The notes under the pieces: generated by a model
Seen by the model: only the letters and a program-made list of their open reading frames with translations
Database searches by the model: none
Told to the model about the DNA's origin: nothing
In this document: positions 20,518 to 30,869 of the stretch, in pieces
Position numbering within the stretch: position 1 is the stretch's first letter
Layout of the letters: each line of letters starts with the position of its first letter
Position numbers and translations under genes: made by a program
Assembly: GCA_014896355.1 (NCBI GenBank)
Contig: JADBKO010000005.1
Coordinates: 34,286 to 98,285, forward strand
DNA from: Bacillota bacterium
GTDB taxonomy: Bacteria > Bacillota > UBA5301 > Bu52
Length of the DNA stretch: 64,000 nt
Reading direction: 5' to 3'

Positions 20518-22076
20518 CGGCAGAAATGGTGGTGGCGGAAGCGGGAAAACGGTTCCCGCGCCGCAACATTCTCTGGATCGATGCCACGGCCAATCTGCCC
20601 ACCACTCATCATCGGGACGGTATGGCGGCGCTTTTGGACCGGGCTGCAACAGCCGGCTTTACGACTGTGGTGGTGGATGTCAAGCCGCCCAGCGGCGAAG
20701 TTTTATACGCCAGCCGGCTGGCCCCTCGTCTGGAACAGTGGGAGCCCGGAGTTGAGCTTCCCCGCGGCTATGACCTGCTGGCCGTGGCTGTGGAAGAGGC
20801 GCGGAGCCGTGGACTGGAGGTCCTGGCGAGCCTGAATGTTTTTTCGGAGGGCTATCGGCAGCATGGGCGTCTGCGCGGAGCCCTCGTGGCAGATCCTGCC
20901 CGGGCGGGCTGGGAATGCGTGGCTTACTCTGCTGCCGGTTTGCGGGACGCGGCGGATGCAGGGCTGCCCGGGGCCGTGGACGGCGGTACGCAAGGCGGAA
21001 TCCAGCCGGCAATGGCGCCCGCGTTGGCTCCCATGACCCGGTTCCACGGCAAGGACTGGGCTTTCGTGAATCCTGCCTTGCCCGAAGTCCAGGGGTACGA
21101 GCTGGCGTTGCTGGAGGAAGTGGCCAGGGGCTATCCGGTGGATGGCGTGATTCTGGATCGGGCGCGCTATACCGGACTGGATACGGATTTCAGCCCTGCC
21201 AGCCATGCCGCGTTTTGCCGCTTTGTGGGGACGCACGCGAAGCGCTGGCCGGAAGACGTTTATGAGATTGTGCCGGCACCTCATGCTTTCCACGCCGGGG
21301 CGGGGGACGGCCAAGGGAAGCCGGAACGTGAAACGGAGGAGGGGGCGCTGCTACGCACCTCGGAGGGCGTTTGGATCCGCCCTGGGCCTTTGTTCGGCCC
21401 CTGGCTTCTTTGGCGGGCTCAGGTGATCCATGATTTCGTGGCTGCCGCCCGCCGGCGGGTCAAGGCTGCCCGGGCCGACGCCTTGTTCGGCATCTATGCG
21501 GGCTCTTGGTTCCCCTCCTACTACGAGTTGGGCGTGAACTGGGCCAGCAGCCGTTTCCGCCGGGATGCGGTGGCTTCGCCCGGTCCTGTGCCGCCGGGCT
21601 ACGAGGCCACGGGCTACGCGGAGGAGCTGGACCTGTTCCTATCTGGCAACTACTACCCGGAGGTTTGGGAGGAAGAGGTCACCCAAGGCCTGCCTGAGAC
21701 GGCGCAGCGGGAGCCCGGACAGCCGCCTCAGCGCACCTGGTGGTATTCTGTGGCGGGCGCGGCCCGGATGGTGCGCCACGTGACCGGGCATGTGCGGCCA
21801 ACCTACGGGAGCCTTTATCTGGTGCAGTATGAGGATCATCCTGAGCGCTTGGGCGAGGCCGTCCGGGCTTGCCAGGAAGGCAGCGATGGCGTCATGATCT
21901 TCGATTCCAGCCACCTGGATCGGTTGCAATGGTGGGAGGCTTTAGGTGCCGCGATCCGCGCCGGTCTGGGGGCCGGAGCGCCAGGCGGCAGCGGTGAGGG
22001 TCGGGACGGAGGCTCCCAGGGCAGCCATACGGGCGGTACAGCCCAAGGAGGCGCAGAATATGCCCCAGCGAGATGA
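20514..22076 (+). CDS. Putative glycoside-hydrolase-like protein (GHL10/DUF4015-like TIM barrel) with a Gly-rich C-terminal tail
   Basis: The N-terminal pattern ILWIDATANL...AGFTTVVVDVKPPSGEV resembles the YngK/GHL10 family. ATGA overlap with the upstream FAD gene. The track ORF is extended upstream to 20145 in the same frame. Confidence 0.65.
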   Translation: MTAEMVVAEAGKRFPRRNILWIDATANLPTTHHRDGMAALLDRAATAGFTTVVVDVKPPSGEVLYASRLAPRLEQWEPGVELPRGYDLLAVAVEEARSRGLEVLASLNVFSEGYRQHGRLRGALVADPARAGWECVAYSAAGLRDAADAGLPGAVDGGTQGGIQPAMAPALAPMTRFHGKDWAFVNPALPEVQGYELALLEEVARGYPVDGVILDRARYTGLDTDFSPASHAAFCRFVGTHAKRWPEDVYEIVPAPHAFHAGAGDGQGKPERETEEGALLRTSEGVWIRPGPLFGPWLLWRAQVIHDFVAAARRRVKAARADALFGIYAGSWFPSYYELGVNWASSRFRRDAVASPGPVPPGYEATGYAEELDLFLSGNYYPEVWEEEVTQGLPETAQREPGQPPQRTWWYSVAGAARMVRHVTGHVRPTYGSLYLVQYEDHPERLGEAVRACQEGSDGVMIFDSSHLDRLQWWEALGAAIRAGLGAGAPGGSGEGRDGGSQGSHTGGTAQGGAEYAPAR

Positions 22077-24018
22077 AGGAAGCACAAGGGGCATCTGTGG
22101 GCAGCTCCGGCGCGTGGCGCTGCTGCCGCTGGATGAACGCCCCTGCAACAGCGTCTATCCGGCCTTGGTGGGACGGGTCGCCGGGGTGGAGGTGGTCGTG
22201 CCGCCGCGCTCCCTGCTGGGGCTGAAGAAGCGTGCCGGAGATCCCCGGGCTCTGGGGGAGTGGCTCAAGGAGCAAGCACAGACCGCCGACGCGCTGGTGG
22301 TGGCTGCCGATACTTTGGCGTTCGGCGGCCTGATACCGTCACGGGTCAGCGACCTGACGCAGGAGGAGGCTTTGGCCAATCTACAGGTCCTGCCTGCAAT
22401 CCACGCGGCGCGCCCAGAGCTGCCCATCTATGCGCACAGCGTGATCATGCGTCTGCCGGCGTACAACAGCGCCGACGAGGAGCCCGATTACTGGGACGAT
22501 TTTGGCGCCCGCCTGCATCTGTACTCGACTCTGCTGGATGCCCTGGACCAGGGCTCACAGGCCTGGGACTCCCTGCGCCAGGCAGGGCTGCTGGCCGGCG
22601 TTGAACAGTGGGCCGCGGCAGCCGGTGCGGGTGCAGGAGGTGCGGAGGCCGCCCGCGGCGGGTGCACCTTCGACCAAGCCCGTAATCTGCGCAGCCGGTT
22701 GGAAGCAGAGATCCCGGCGGAGATCCGCAAGGATTGGCAGTGGCGGCGGCAACGCAACCATGCCCTCAACGAAGTGATGGTCCGCTGGGCCGCAGCTGGC
22801 GTCGTGCAGTTTCTGGCCCTCACCCAGGACGATAGTTCCCCAGTGGGGCTGCCTGCGCGGGAGCAGAGAGCCTTGACGCGGCTTATAGCGGAGACCGGGG
22901 CGTATCGGCGCGTTTTGCTCTATCCCGGCGCCGACGAAGTCGGTATGGTGCTGGTGGCGCGCCTTGTGAACCGGGCCGCCGGCTGGAGGCCCCGTTTCTG
23001 GCTGCGCTTTTCCTCGACCCTGGGGCCTACCGTGGTGCCCCGTTACGAAGACCGGCCGCTGCTGGAAGGGATCAAAGGGCAGGTCCTGGCTGTAGGGGGC
23101 CGGCTGGCAGCGGCACCCCAGGACGCGGATATCCACTTGTTTGTCAACAGCCCCGGCCGCTGGCAGGGTGAAGCGCCGGAGCAGGACCAGCCGGGCGCCG
23201 ACCACGGCGGATGGCGAAACCTGCCGGAATTCCTGCAAAGCCTGGCGGATACGTTGGGCGGAAGCACTCTGGGCGGCCACGAAGGCGCGCACCCGGGGCC
23301 GGCGGATGACGGGCATCCCGCCGCGGTTCCAGAACGTCCGGATGGCCCGGGCCGTTGCCCGCTGGTGGCCCTGGCCGACGTGGCCTATGCCAACGGAGCC
23401 GACCGCGCCCTGGTGGAGATGCTGCCCAGCTATATCTGGCCCCTGGACCTGGCGGCCTATGCGGGCTGGAATACCGCCGGCAACACCCTGGGCACCGTGC
23501 TGGCACATTCCTGTCTGCGACGGGCGGGCCTGAACCTGCCTGCAGGGCTCGAACGCGATGCCGCGGATCAGGCCCACAGGGAGTTTCTGCTGCTCCGTTT
23601 TGCTGAAGACTGGGCCTACCAGGCGGATGTCCGCCAAAAGATGGCGGCGGGCCCAGTGGCGCAGCTGGGAATCTCCCCGTATGAGTTGGGTGCGCATGCA
23701 ACCGCCATTGCGCGGCAGGCTATGGATTCCCTCAACGCTGCTTTGCAGCGTTGGGTGGCGCGGTGGCAGGAGGATAGGACTGTGGGGCCGTTAGGCAGCA
23801 CGGCCGAGCTTGGGATTCAAGCAGGCCAGGGTGCATGGAAAGGAGGGGATGCTGCGCCGGAACGGCAGGGGACGCCGGCGCCAGCCAGGCGTTGCGGACC
23901 GTCCGTTTCGGTGACCGTGGAGGATCTGCAGTTTCCCTGGAACCGCCTGTTTGAGGTTCAACTGAGGGTGCGCGTGGATTCTCAGCATGATCAGAATTCA
24001 ACTACTAAGGAGGAGTAA
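22060..24018 (+). CDS. DUF4127-family protein, copy 1
   Basis: N-terminal LPLDERPCN motif as in DUF4127. Paralogous to 30870-32543 (VPLDDRPCT). AGGAG SD 9 nt before the ATG; the track ORF is extended upstream to 21946. Confidence 0.7.
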   Translation: MPQRDEGSTRGICGQLRRVALLPLDERPCNSVYPALVGRVAGVEVVVPPRSLLGLKKRAGDPRALGEWLKEQAQTADALVVAADTLAFGGLIPSRVSDLTQEEALANLQVLPAIHAARPELPIYAHSVIMRLPAYNSADEEPDYWDDFGARLHLYSTLLDALDQGSQAWDSLRQAGLLAGVEQWAAAAGAGAGGAEAARGGCTFDQARNLRSRLEAEIPAEIRKDWQWRRQRNHALNEVMVRWAAAGVVQFLALTQDDSSPVGLPAREQRALTRLIAETGAYRRVLLYPGADEVGMVLVARLVNRAAGWRPRFWLRFSSTLGPTVVPRYEDRPLLEGIKGQVLAVGGRLAAAPQDADIHLFVNSPGRWQGEAPEQDQPGADHGGWRNLPEFLQSLADTLGGSTLGGHEGAHPGPADDGHPAAVPERPDGPGRCPLVALADVAYANGADRALVEMLPSYIWPLDLAAYAGWNTAGNTLGTVLAHSCLRRAGLNLPAGLERDAADQAHREFLLLRFAEDWAYQADVRQKMAAGPVAQLGISPYELGAHATAIARQAMDSLNAALQRWVARWQEDRTVGPLGSTAELGIQAGQGAWKGGDAAPERQGTPAPARRCGPSVSVTVEDLQFPWNRLFEVQLRVRVDSQHDQNSTTKEE

Positions 24019-24021
24019 AGT

Positions 24022-25284
24022 ATGCGTAAGCTCACCGTAAGGGTTCTCTTGTCGGCAGCGTTGGTTCTGGCTCTCCTGGCCGCCATGGTGCCAACGGGGG
24101 TTCTGGCTGCCGGGAAGACACTGGAGTTTTGGACCATCTCGTTAAGCCCGTTTTTTGACACCCAGATGAAGCAGCTGGCTGCAGACTATGAGAAGGCCAA
24201 CCCCGGCGTCACGGTAAAGTGGGTGGATGTGCCCTATGCGGCCATCCAGCAGAAGTTGCTGTCGGCCATTGCGGCCGGCAATCCGCCCGATGTGGTGAAT
24301 CTGAGCTCGGACATGACCGTCCAACTGTACCAGCAAGGAGCCCTCGCCCCCCTGAGTGATTACGCGCCGGCCAGTGCCTTCAAGGTCTATTTCCCGAAGG
24401 CATTGGATACTTTCAAATTCAACGGCAAGATCTATGGGACCCCGTGGTACTGGGCGCCGAAAGTGTTGGCCTACAACACCGACATTTACAAGAAGGCAGG
24501 GCTGGATCCCAATAAGCCGCCCCGCACTGTGGCAGAGATGATTGCCCAGGCCAAGCAGATCAAAGATAAGACGGGCATGTACGGTTTTATGCCCAACGTG
24601 AACGGGATCAACTTCCTCACCATCTTTCAGGAAGCTGGGCTGCCGATCTTTGACAAGAGTGGGAAAAAGGCGGTTTTCAACTCTCCTGCCCATGTGAAGC
24701 TCCTGCAGGAGTATGTGGATCTGTATAAGCACGACTACTTCCCTGAGGACACTCTGCGCCGAGGCTACCTGGGCGCCACGGAGCTTTACAGCGAAGGAAA
24801 GCTTGGGATGCTGCTGACGGGGCCGCAGTTCCTGATCCGGGTGGAGAAGGACAACAAGGCCGTCTATGACGAGACCCGGGTGGCGGCCTATCCTCTGGAC
24901 AAGGGCCAAGTCACGCATACACCCCTGATGGGCCTCTCGGTCCCCGCCAACGTGCGTGACAAGAAAGAAGCCGCGAAGTTCGCGCTGTTTGCCACAAACG
25001 ACGCAAATCAGCTGGCCTTCGCCAAGGCTTCCAACACGTTCCCCAGCACCATCGCAGCGGCCAACGATCCCTTCTTTACCACGGGTGGGCCTACAGCGGC
25101 GGACCAGGCCCGCATCGTAGATGCAAAGCAGTTGAAGCATGCCAAGGATTTGACAGTGGTGGTTCCGGATGCCTCCAACCTGTTCAAAGCCTTCAAGGAC
25201 AACATCGAGGCAGCTTTCTTTGGCTCCAAGTCGCCGAAGCAGGCTCTGGATGACATTGTACGGGTGTGGAATGCCAGTCTGTGA
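24022..25284 (+). CDS. ABC transporter substrate-binding protein (CUT1, extracellular solute-binding family 1)
   Basis: Signal peptide MRKLTVRVLLSAALVLALLAAM, and an SBP_bac_1-like sequence with GTPWYWAPKVLAYN. Confidence 0.9.
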   Translation: MRKLTVRVLLSAALVLALLAAMVPTGVLAAGKTLEFWTISLSPFFDTQMKQLAADYEKANPGVTVKWVDVPYAAIQQKLLSAIAAGNPPDVVNLSSDMTVQLYQQGALAPLSDYAPASAFKVYFPKALDTFKFNGKIYGTPWYWAPKVLAYNTDIYKKAGLDPNKPPRTVAEMIAQAKQIKDKTGMYGFMPNVNGINFLTIFQEAGLPIFDKSGKKAVFNSPAHVKLLQEYVDLYKHDYFPEDTLRRGYLGATELYSEGKLGMLLTGPQFLIRVEKDNKAVYDETRVAAYPLDKGQVTHTPLMGLSVPANVRDKKEAAKFALFATNDANQLAFAKASNTFPSTIAAANDPFFTTGGPTAADQARIVDAKQLKHAKDLTVVVPDASNLFKAFKDNIEAAFFGSKSPKQALDDIVRVWNASL

Positions 25285-25425
25285 CCACCGAGTTAGCGGA
25301 GGGCCCTGAAGCACGGGCGACCCGAAGAAAGGCGTACAAAGGTTTAGGGGCCGGGCACTCGGCTGCCCGCCTTGGGAGCCGGGGGATGCTCCGGCCCCAG
25401 ACACCCCGGTTGGAGGAAGACGGCC

Positions 25426-27642
25426 ATGAAAATGAAAAAGGGGCAGGTCGAGGCCCTTCTGGTATGGCTTGCCATGATGACGGGTCTAGCCTTTTCTGCG
25501 GGCACATCCCTGGCGGCGGCTGGAGGCGCATCAGCGCCGGCCCCCCTAACGTACGTACCGGCGGCTTACCAGATGCTGCCCCAGCCGGATGTTTGGCCTG
25601 TGCCGCAACGGGCCGTCTATCCTTCGGGGATCCTCCCACTGGCGAGCCTGCGCCTGGAAACTGTGGGGAATGCCCCTCAGATCGGCTACGCCGTGCGGGA
25701 TTTGCAGGACGAACTAAAGGTCAGGTTTGGGACCACACTTCCTGTATTCAATGTCACGAGGCTTGCTACTGCTGAGTCCGGTGCGGCGGGAGCGGTAGAC
25801 CTCGGTAGGGAGGAGTCCGGTTCCACCAGGCCAGGCGCTGCAAAGCCTCTTCCACTCATCATCGGAACCCGGGCGGACGCGGCGTTGGCGGCCAAAGCCG
25901 ATGCGGCCGGCCTCAAGGTGACGCATCCGGAAGGCTATGCCCTCCATGTGGGCCCCGACGGTGCCTGGATCGTGGGGGCTGATCCCCAGGGGGCCTACTG
26001 GGGTGTGCAGACTCTGCGGCAGCTTCTGGCCGTGGATCCGGCAGGTTTCCGTTATGCAGATATCGCGGACTGGCCGGCCTTTCCTCTACGCATGGCCATG
26101 ATCTATTTGGATGCCTATTCGCGCGGGATCAATGACCGGCTCATCCCCATACTGGCGCAATACAAGTTCAACACCGTGCTGATCATGTGCGATTACGTGC
26201 AGTGGGATTCGACGCCCAACATTTGGAATCCGCAGGGGGCCAGCAAGGCGGAAGCCCGGCGGGTGGCGGAGCTGATCCGTTCTTATGGCATGGAGCCGGT
26301 GCCGCTTATTGAGCTGTTGGGCCATGTCCAGTGGATGTTCTATAATGGCCAAAACCAGGACCTGTACCAAGACCCGGAGGCCAGCGAGCCCTTTGCCTAT
26401 GACACCCTGAACCCACGGACGTATGCGGTGGTCGAGGCGGTCCTCCAGGAGGCCGTCGACGTCTTCAAGCCCCGCTGGGTGCATATCGGTCACGATGAAG
26501 TGCGCAACGTGAACCGTTTCCCTGCCCGGCCCAACGGGAAGGCCTTAGGGTTTGAGAGACTTTTCTATGACGACGTCGTCAGACTGCATGATTTCCTGAA
26601 ATCCCGGGGTGTAGCGACCATGATGTGGCAGGATGTGGTTTTCAGCGGGGCCACCCTGCCGCTGGCCCGCGAATTACCGAAAGACATCGTGTTCACCGAC
26701 TGGCACTACACGGCGGCTGAGGATTATCCGTCCATCCGGCAAATCCGGAGTTACGGTTTCCAGGTTGTGGGAGCCAGCTGGGACGGAGAAGACAATCCGG
26801 AGACCTTTGCCCGCAGTGCCCTTAGGGACGGCGCTTTGGGCATGCTACAGACCCGTTGGACTGGATATTTCGGTAATCCCAGCATCGTCGATGGACAAGC
26901 TCAGCAGGCCATCGCTTATTTGCGGGCTGGAGCGGCCTTTTGGAATCCGGACGTGGCGCGGGCCCGTGAGGAAGCCATGGCTGTATCGGCACCCGCCCGC
27001 TATTATGATGCTTGGCTGCCTACGCCCTACCGGCCCATTCCCGGCCGCCTGGTGAACCTGAGCGGTTATGCCACCCGGTCCCTGGTGGACCCGGGCGACT
27101 CTGGATGGATCGGCAAAGGCCCAGATTACGACCTGTCCGGCCTGATGCCGCCCAGGGGCACGACCACCGTACGGCTGGGACCCTACCTGTTTCATATTAG
27201 CGGGGCCGTGATGACCCGGGCTGACCGGGGCGTTGCCCGTTCGCTGCCGGCGCGCGTCACAATCCCTTTGCACGCCAAAGCCGCTGCGTTGGCGGCCCTG
27301 AATACGACGGCTTGGGCAGCGCCCGCCGATGGGATGCCGGTTGGGCGGTATGTGCTGACTTATGCAGGCGGCTCGACGCTGGCCGTTCCCCTGACCTATC
27401 AGCGCCAGATCGCAGCCTGGACGGATCCAGTGTTGAAATCCCTGGTACGCTACCCCGCCTGGCGTGGGACGGCCCGAAGCGGTTTGCCCGTGGGAGCCGA
27501 TGTTTTTGTGATCCGGAACCCTCATCCTGAAGAAGAGATTGCATCGTTTACGGTGGAAAGCGCCGGCAATGATGCCAATCCGACGATGCTTGGCTTGACA
27601 CTGCTAGATGCGGCCCCCGTGCCGAAGGAGGTTACACCGTGA
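25426..27642 (+). CDS. GH20-like beta-N-acetylhexosaminidase-family protein (secreted or lipoprotein)
   Basis: Signal peptide MKMKKGQVEALLVWLAMMTGLAFSAG. A GH20b-like N-terminal domain, then a TIM barrel carrying HIGHDEV, a variant of the GH20 H-x-G-G-D-E catalytic motif. ATG 25426 has a GGAGGAAG SD. Confidence 0.6.
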   Translation: MKMKKGQVEALLVWLAMMTGLAFSAGTSLAAAGGASAPAPLTYVPAAYQMLPQPDVWPVPQRAVYPSGILPLASLRLETVGNAPQIGYAVRDLQDELKVRFGTTLPVFNVTRLATAESGAAGAVDLGREESGSTRPGAAKPLPLIIGTRADAALAAKADAAGLKVTHPEGYALHVGPDGAWIVGADPQGAYWGVQTLRQLLAVDPAGFRYADIADWPAFPLRMAMIYLDAYSRGINDRLIPILAQYKFNTVLIMCDYVQWDSTPNIWNPQGASKAEARRVAELIRSYGMEPVPLIELLGHVQWMFYNGQNQDLYQDPEASEPFAYDTLNPRTYAVVEAVLQEAVDVFKPRWVHIGHDEVRNVNRFPARPNGKALGFERLFYDDVVRLHDFLKSRGVATMMWQDVVFSGATLPLARELPKDIVFTDWHYTAAEDYPSIRQIRSYGFQVVGASWDGEDNPETFARSALRDGALGMLQTRWTGYFGNPSIVDGQAQQAIAYLRAGAAFWNPDVARAREEAMAVSAPARYYDAWLPTPYRPIPGRLVNLSGYATRSLVDPGDSGWIGKGPDYDLSGLMPPRGTTTVRLGPYLFHISGAVMTRADRGVARSLPARVTIPLHAKAAALAALNTTAWAAPADGMPVGRYVLTYAGGSTLAVPLTYQRQIAAWTDPVLKSLVRYPAWRGTARSGLPVGADVFVIRNPHPEEEIASFTVESAGNDANPTMLGLTLLDAAPVPKEVTP

Positions 27643-28505
27643 AGCTCCGCAATACCCTGATCGCGTATGGGTTTCTGCTTCCGGCCCTGGTATTGATGGG
27701 GATCTATACGTTTTTCCCCATTGTTTTTGGCACCTATCTCGGCTTTACTGAGTACAACGTCATCACTCCGCCCAGATTTGTGGGCCTGGAGAACTTCCGC
27801 ACCCTTCTTGGCGAAAGCTATTTTTGGTCCGGGCTGTGGAACTCCATCCGCTACATCCTGGTAGTGCCCGTGATTCAGCTGGTATCCATTGCCGTGGCCA
27901 TGCTGGTTAACCGCCAATTACCGGGCATCGGGGGATTTCGGACGGCTTACTACATCCCGGTGGTCAGCAGTTTTGCAGTGGTGGGACTCATGTGGGGATG
28001 GATGTATGACCAGTTCGGTCCGGTGAACTTTGTGCTGAAGACTCTGGGCCTCGTGAAGAATCCAACAAATCTACTGCTTAACCCGGCGCTGGCCTTGTAC
28101 GCGGTCATGTTTGTTACTCTTTGGAAAGGCATTGGGTACTACATGGTTCTGTATCTGGCGGGCCTTCAAAGCATTGACCGGTCGTACGAAGAGGCGGCTC
28201 TGATCGACGGAGCAAACCGCTGGCAGGTGTTCTGGAATGTGACCTTGCCACTGCTGCGCCCCATCATCCTGATCTGCAGCCTGCTTTCTACCATCAGCGC
28301 CATCAAGGTTTTCGAGGAGATCTTCGTGATGACAGGAGGCGGACCGGCAGGCTCTACTTACACCGCCTTGTATTTCATTTATTCTAAGGCCTTCCAGGAC
28401 TTCAAATATGGTGAAGCCGCCGCCGCAGGTTTGGTGGTGGCTGTCGTGAGTTTGTTCTTCAGCATTCTGAACTTCAAGTACACGCGGGGAGGGCAGATAT
28501 CGTGA
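27639..28505 (+). CDS. ABC sugar transporter permease (MalF/UgpA-like)
   Basis: Six TM segments and an EAA-type loop (EAALIDGANRWQVFWNVTLP). Confidence 0.9.
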   Translation: MKLRNTLIAYGFLLPALVLMGIYTFFPIVFGTYLGFTEYNVITPPRFVGLENFRTLLGESYFWSGLWNSIRYILVVPVIQLVSIAVAMLVNRQLPGIGGFRTAYYIPVVSSFAVVGLMWGWMYDQFGPVNFVLKTLGLVKNPTNLLLNPALALYAVMFVTLWKGIGYYMVLYLAGLQSIDRSYEEAALIDGANRWQVFWNVTLPLLRPIILICSLLSTISAIKVFEEIFVMTGGGPAGSTYTALYFIYSKAFQDFKYGEAAAAGLVVAVVSLFFSILNFKYTRGGQIS

Positions 28506-29356
28506 ACGCCAAGGCAATTCGTCGCGCTCGCAAATCCGTACAGACTATCGGCGTATATGCCCTCTTGATCGTTATCGCCGTCATCACGATTTACCCGTTC
28601 TTTTGGACCGTGATCACGAGCTTCAGCGGTTCCGGCGGGATCTTCAAGTTCCCTCCGCCGTTGTGGCCAACGAGTCCAACGCTGGAGAACTATGTCTACG
28701 TAGTGCAAAACGTGCCGTTGGTGCGTTACATTGTCAATAGTGTGATTATTTGCTTCTTCGGGGTCGCTGGCAGTATTTTGGTGGCGACGTTGGGCGGGTA
28801 CCCTTTGGCAAAGATGGAGTTTCCCGGGCGGGATTTCATCTTCGGAGCCATATTGGCTACGCTCATTCTGCCTAACGAGGCGGGTCTGATCGTCAACTAC
28901 ATTACCACCATCAAGCTAGGGCTGTTGAAGTCCGGGCCGGGGCAATATGCGGCCATCATTCTGCCAAGCCTGGCTTCCACCATCGGGATCTTTCTGATGC
29001 GGCAGGCCTACCTGGCCATCCCGAAGGAGCTCCTGGAAGCCGCCCGGGTGGACGGGGCCTCAGAATGGCGGATCTGGTGGCAAATCATGATTCCGCTCAC
29101 AGCTCCCACTGTGGCCGCGTTTGCTATCCTGCAATTCGTGGCCTTTTGGAACTCGTTCCTGTGGCCCATCATTGTCCTGACAGATAAGAGCTACTATCCG
29201 TTGGCCTCCGGCTTGTTGGATCTACAGGGGCAGTTTGCCACCAATACCCGGGCCGTGGCTTCGGGGACCGTCATCGCCATGCTTCCCATCCTGGTCGTCT
29301 TTCTCTTCGGCCAACGCTACTTTATGCGGGGCCTGGAGGGAGCTGTGAAGCAGTAA
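28502..29356 (+). CDS. ABC sugar transporter permease (MalG/UgpE-like)
   Basis: EAA loop EAARVDGASEWRIWWQIMIPL. Confidence 0.9.
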   Translation: MNAKAIRRARKSVQTIGVYALLIVIAVITIYPFFWTVITSFSGSGGIFKFPPPLWPTSPTLENYVYVVQNVPLVRYIVNSVIICFFGVAGSILVATLGGYPLAKMEFPGRDFIFGAILATLILPNEAGLIVNYITTIKLGLLKSGPGQYAAIILPSLASTIGIFLMRQAYLAIPKELLEAARVDGASEWRIWWQIMIPLTAPTVAAFAILQFVAFWNSFLWPIIVLTDKSYYPLASGLLDLQGQFATNTRAVASGTVIAMLPILVVFLFGQRYFMRGLEGAVKQ

Positions 29357-29420
29357 GGCGAGGATCGTGGGGCCTCACGGAGGCTATAAGACCCGGTAAG
29401 GTGGCCTCGAGGCCGAGTTA

Positions 29421-29480
29421 GCCGCAGCCTATCGCCAGGCGCAGCCGTTCGTGCCGGGCATAGGCTGCGGCTTTCTTATT
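29421..29480 (+). terminator. Rho-independent terminator closing the first carbohydrate operon
   Basis: GCCGCAGCCTAT...ATAGGCTGCGGC 12-bp stem followed by TTTCTTATT. Confidence 0.6.
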
Positions 29481-29490
29481 GTCAGGAACC

Positions 29491-29700
29491 GTTGCGTTTC
29501 TGTGCGCAACATGCGCAACGAATTCAGTCTACTTTACGGGCCCAGGAACGCGAGCTTAAATGGCGAAGAAGGAATTACTTCGAGACTGAAGAATATATAC
29601 TGCCGAAGAGACCGGTGGGCGAAGAGTGTTGCTCTGTTGCGCAATAGGTGCATTTGCTTACCCGGGCATGCTTGGGTAGTGCAACAGCCGCGCAACGCAT
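29491..29700 (+). promoter_or_regulatory. Cluster of TTGCGCAA-type palindromic repeats (candidate LacI-family operators) upstream of the LacI regulator gene
   Basis: GTTGCG-N8-CGCAAC at 29491-29510, ATGCGCAAC at 29511-29519, the perfect palindrome TTGCGCAA at 29637-29644, and GCAACAGCCGCGCAACG at 29683-29698. Confidence 0.3.
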
Positions 29701-29729
29701 ACGGCTGGTCTAGGGTTGGAGGTCTGAAG

Positions 29730-30815
29730 GTGCCAAAGCCGAGCCTGCGAAGCATCGCACACGCGATGGGTGTATCTCCCTCTACTGTCAGCCGGGCTCT
29801 ACGGAATAGCCCTCGGATCAGTGAATCCCGCAAGCGACAGGTGCGGGAGATGCTGGCCGTCTACGGTTATCCCCTAGACCCTGCGGCAGGGGAACGTACA
29901 GATGAGCGGGAACGCAGCGCTGTTGCGTTTCTGATCGCCAATCCGCAGGGAAACCTGAATTCGGACAGTTTCTTCACGGAGGTTATCCGAGGGGCGGTTC
30001 GTTTCCTAAACGAAGCAGGCCGATCGCTGTTGGTAGATACGTTGGCCGAGGGGGAGGGGGACCTGACCCGTCAGCTGGAGTCTTTGCTTGCTTCACAGCG
30101 GGTATCGGCGCTGGTGGTCGGCGGCATTCCGCTTCCCGACAGGTGCGTGGAGACCCTGGCCAATGCTTCTGTTCCGGCGGTTTTCATCGGGAAGTACACT
30201 CAGAACCCGTTTCGATTCAACGCCGTTCTTCCCGATAACGTAGAGGGAGGCAGGCTGGTGGGCCTGCACTTGACTGCGTGCGGTTACGAAGAATTCTATT
30301 ATTTCGGCGGCGACCTGCACATCCACACGTTTTCGGACCGGCTAAACGGATACCAACAAGGCTTGAAAGAGTCCGGCGCCCGGCTGCCGGCGGAGAATGT
30401 GCTCATTAGCCCCAGGATCGACCAGGCAGCAGGATACCGGCTGGCCAAGATGCTTCTTAGCCGCCTGACACCGGGCGTGCCTGGGCAGAACCCCGCAAGG
30501 CGCGCCATCTTCGCGGCTACCGACTGGATGGCCGCCGGAGTGCTGCGCGCGTTGGCCGAGGAAGGACGGGCAGTGCCGGAGGAATTTGGGGTCGTCGGAT
30601 ACAGCGACCTGGAGCTGGCTTCGCACATTATCCCTGCCTTAACCACCGTTCGGGTGAACATGGATCAGCTGGGTTACCTAGCGGCTCGGACCGCTGTAGA
30701 CCTGGCCAGCCTGACCCTTGCCGGGCCGATCCAGATCGTCCAGCAACCTGTTTTGGCGATCCGGGAGTCCTCCGCACAGTCCCAGGGCACCGGGAACGTC
30801 CAGGCAGGGGCTTGA
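29730..30815 (+). CDS. LacI-family transcriptional regulator
   Basis: N-terminal HTH (SLRSIAHAMGVSPSTVSRALRN) and a periplasmic-binding-like effector domain. GTG 29730 has a GGAGG SD; the track ORF is extended upstream to 29451. Confidence 0.85.
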   Translation: MPKPSLRSIAHAMGVSPSTVSRALRNSPRISESRKRQVREMLAVYGYPLDPAAGERTDERERSAVAFLIANPQGNLNSDSFFTEVIRGAVRFLNEAGRSLLVDTLAEGEGDLTRQLESLLASQRVSALVVGGIPLPDRCVETLANASVPAVFIGKYTQNPFRFNAVLPDNVEGGRLVGLHLTACGYEEFYYFGGDLHIHTFSDRLNGYQQGLKESGARLPAENVLISPRIDQAAGYRLAKMLLSRLTPGVPGQNPARRAIFAATDWMAAGVLRALAEEGRAVPEEFGVVGYSDLELASHIIPALTTVRVNMDQLGYLAARTAVDLASLTLAGPIQIVQQPVLAIRESSAQSQGTGNVQAGA

Positions 30816-30869
30816 AGACCAGTTGGCTGCTGCGGCCGAAGTGCCACGGCGGGAAGGTGAGATGGGCCT

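Noticed and set aside
29357-29420. Possible small ORF or riboswitch immediately after the locus-1 permease
   Set aside because: The sequence is fully explained by the terminator hairpin at 29421-29480, and no conserved RNA motif is recognisable.
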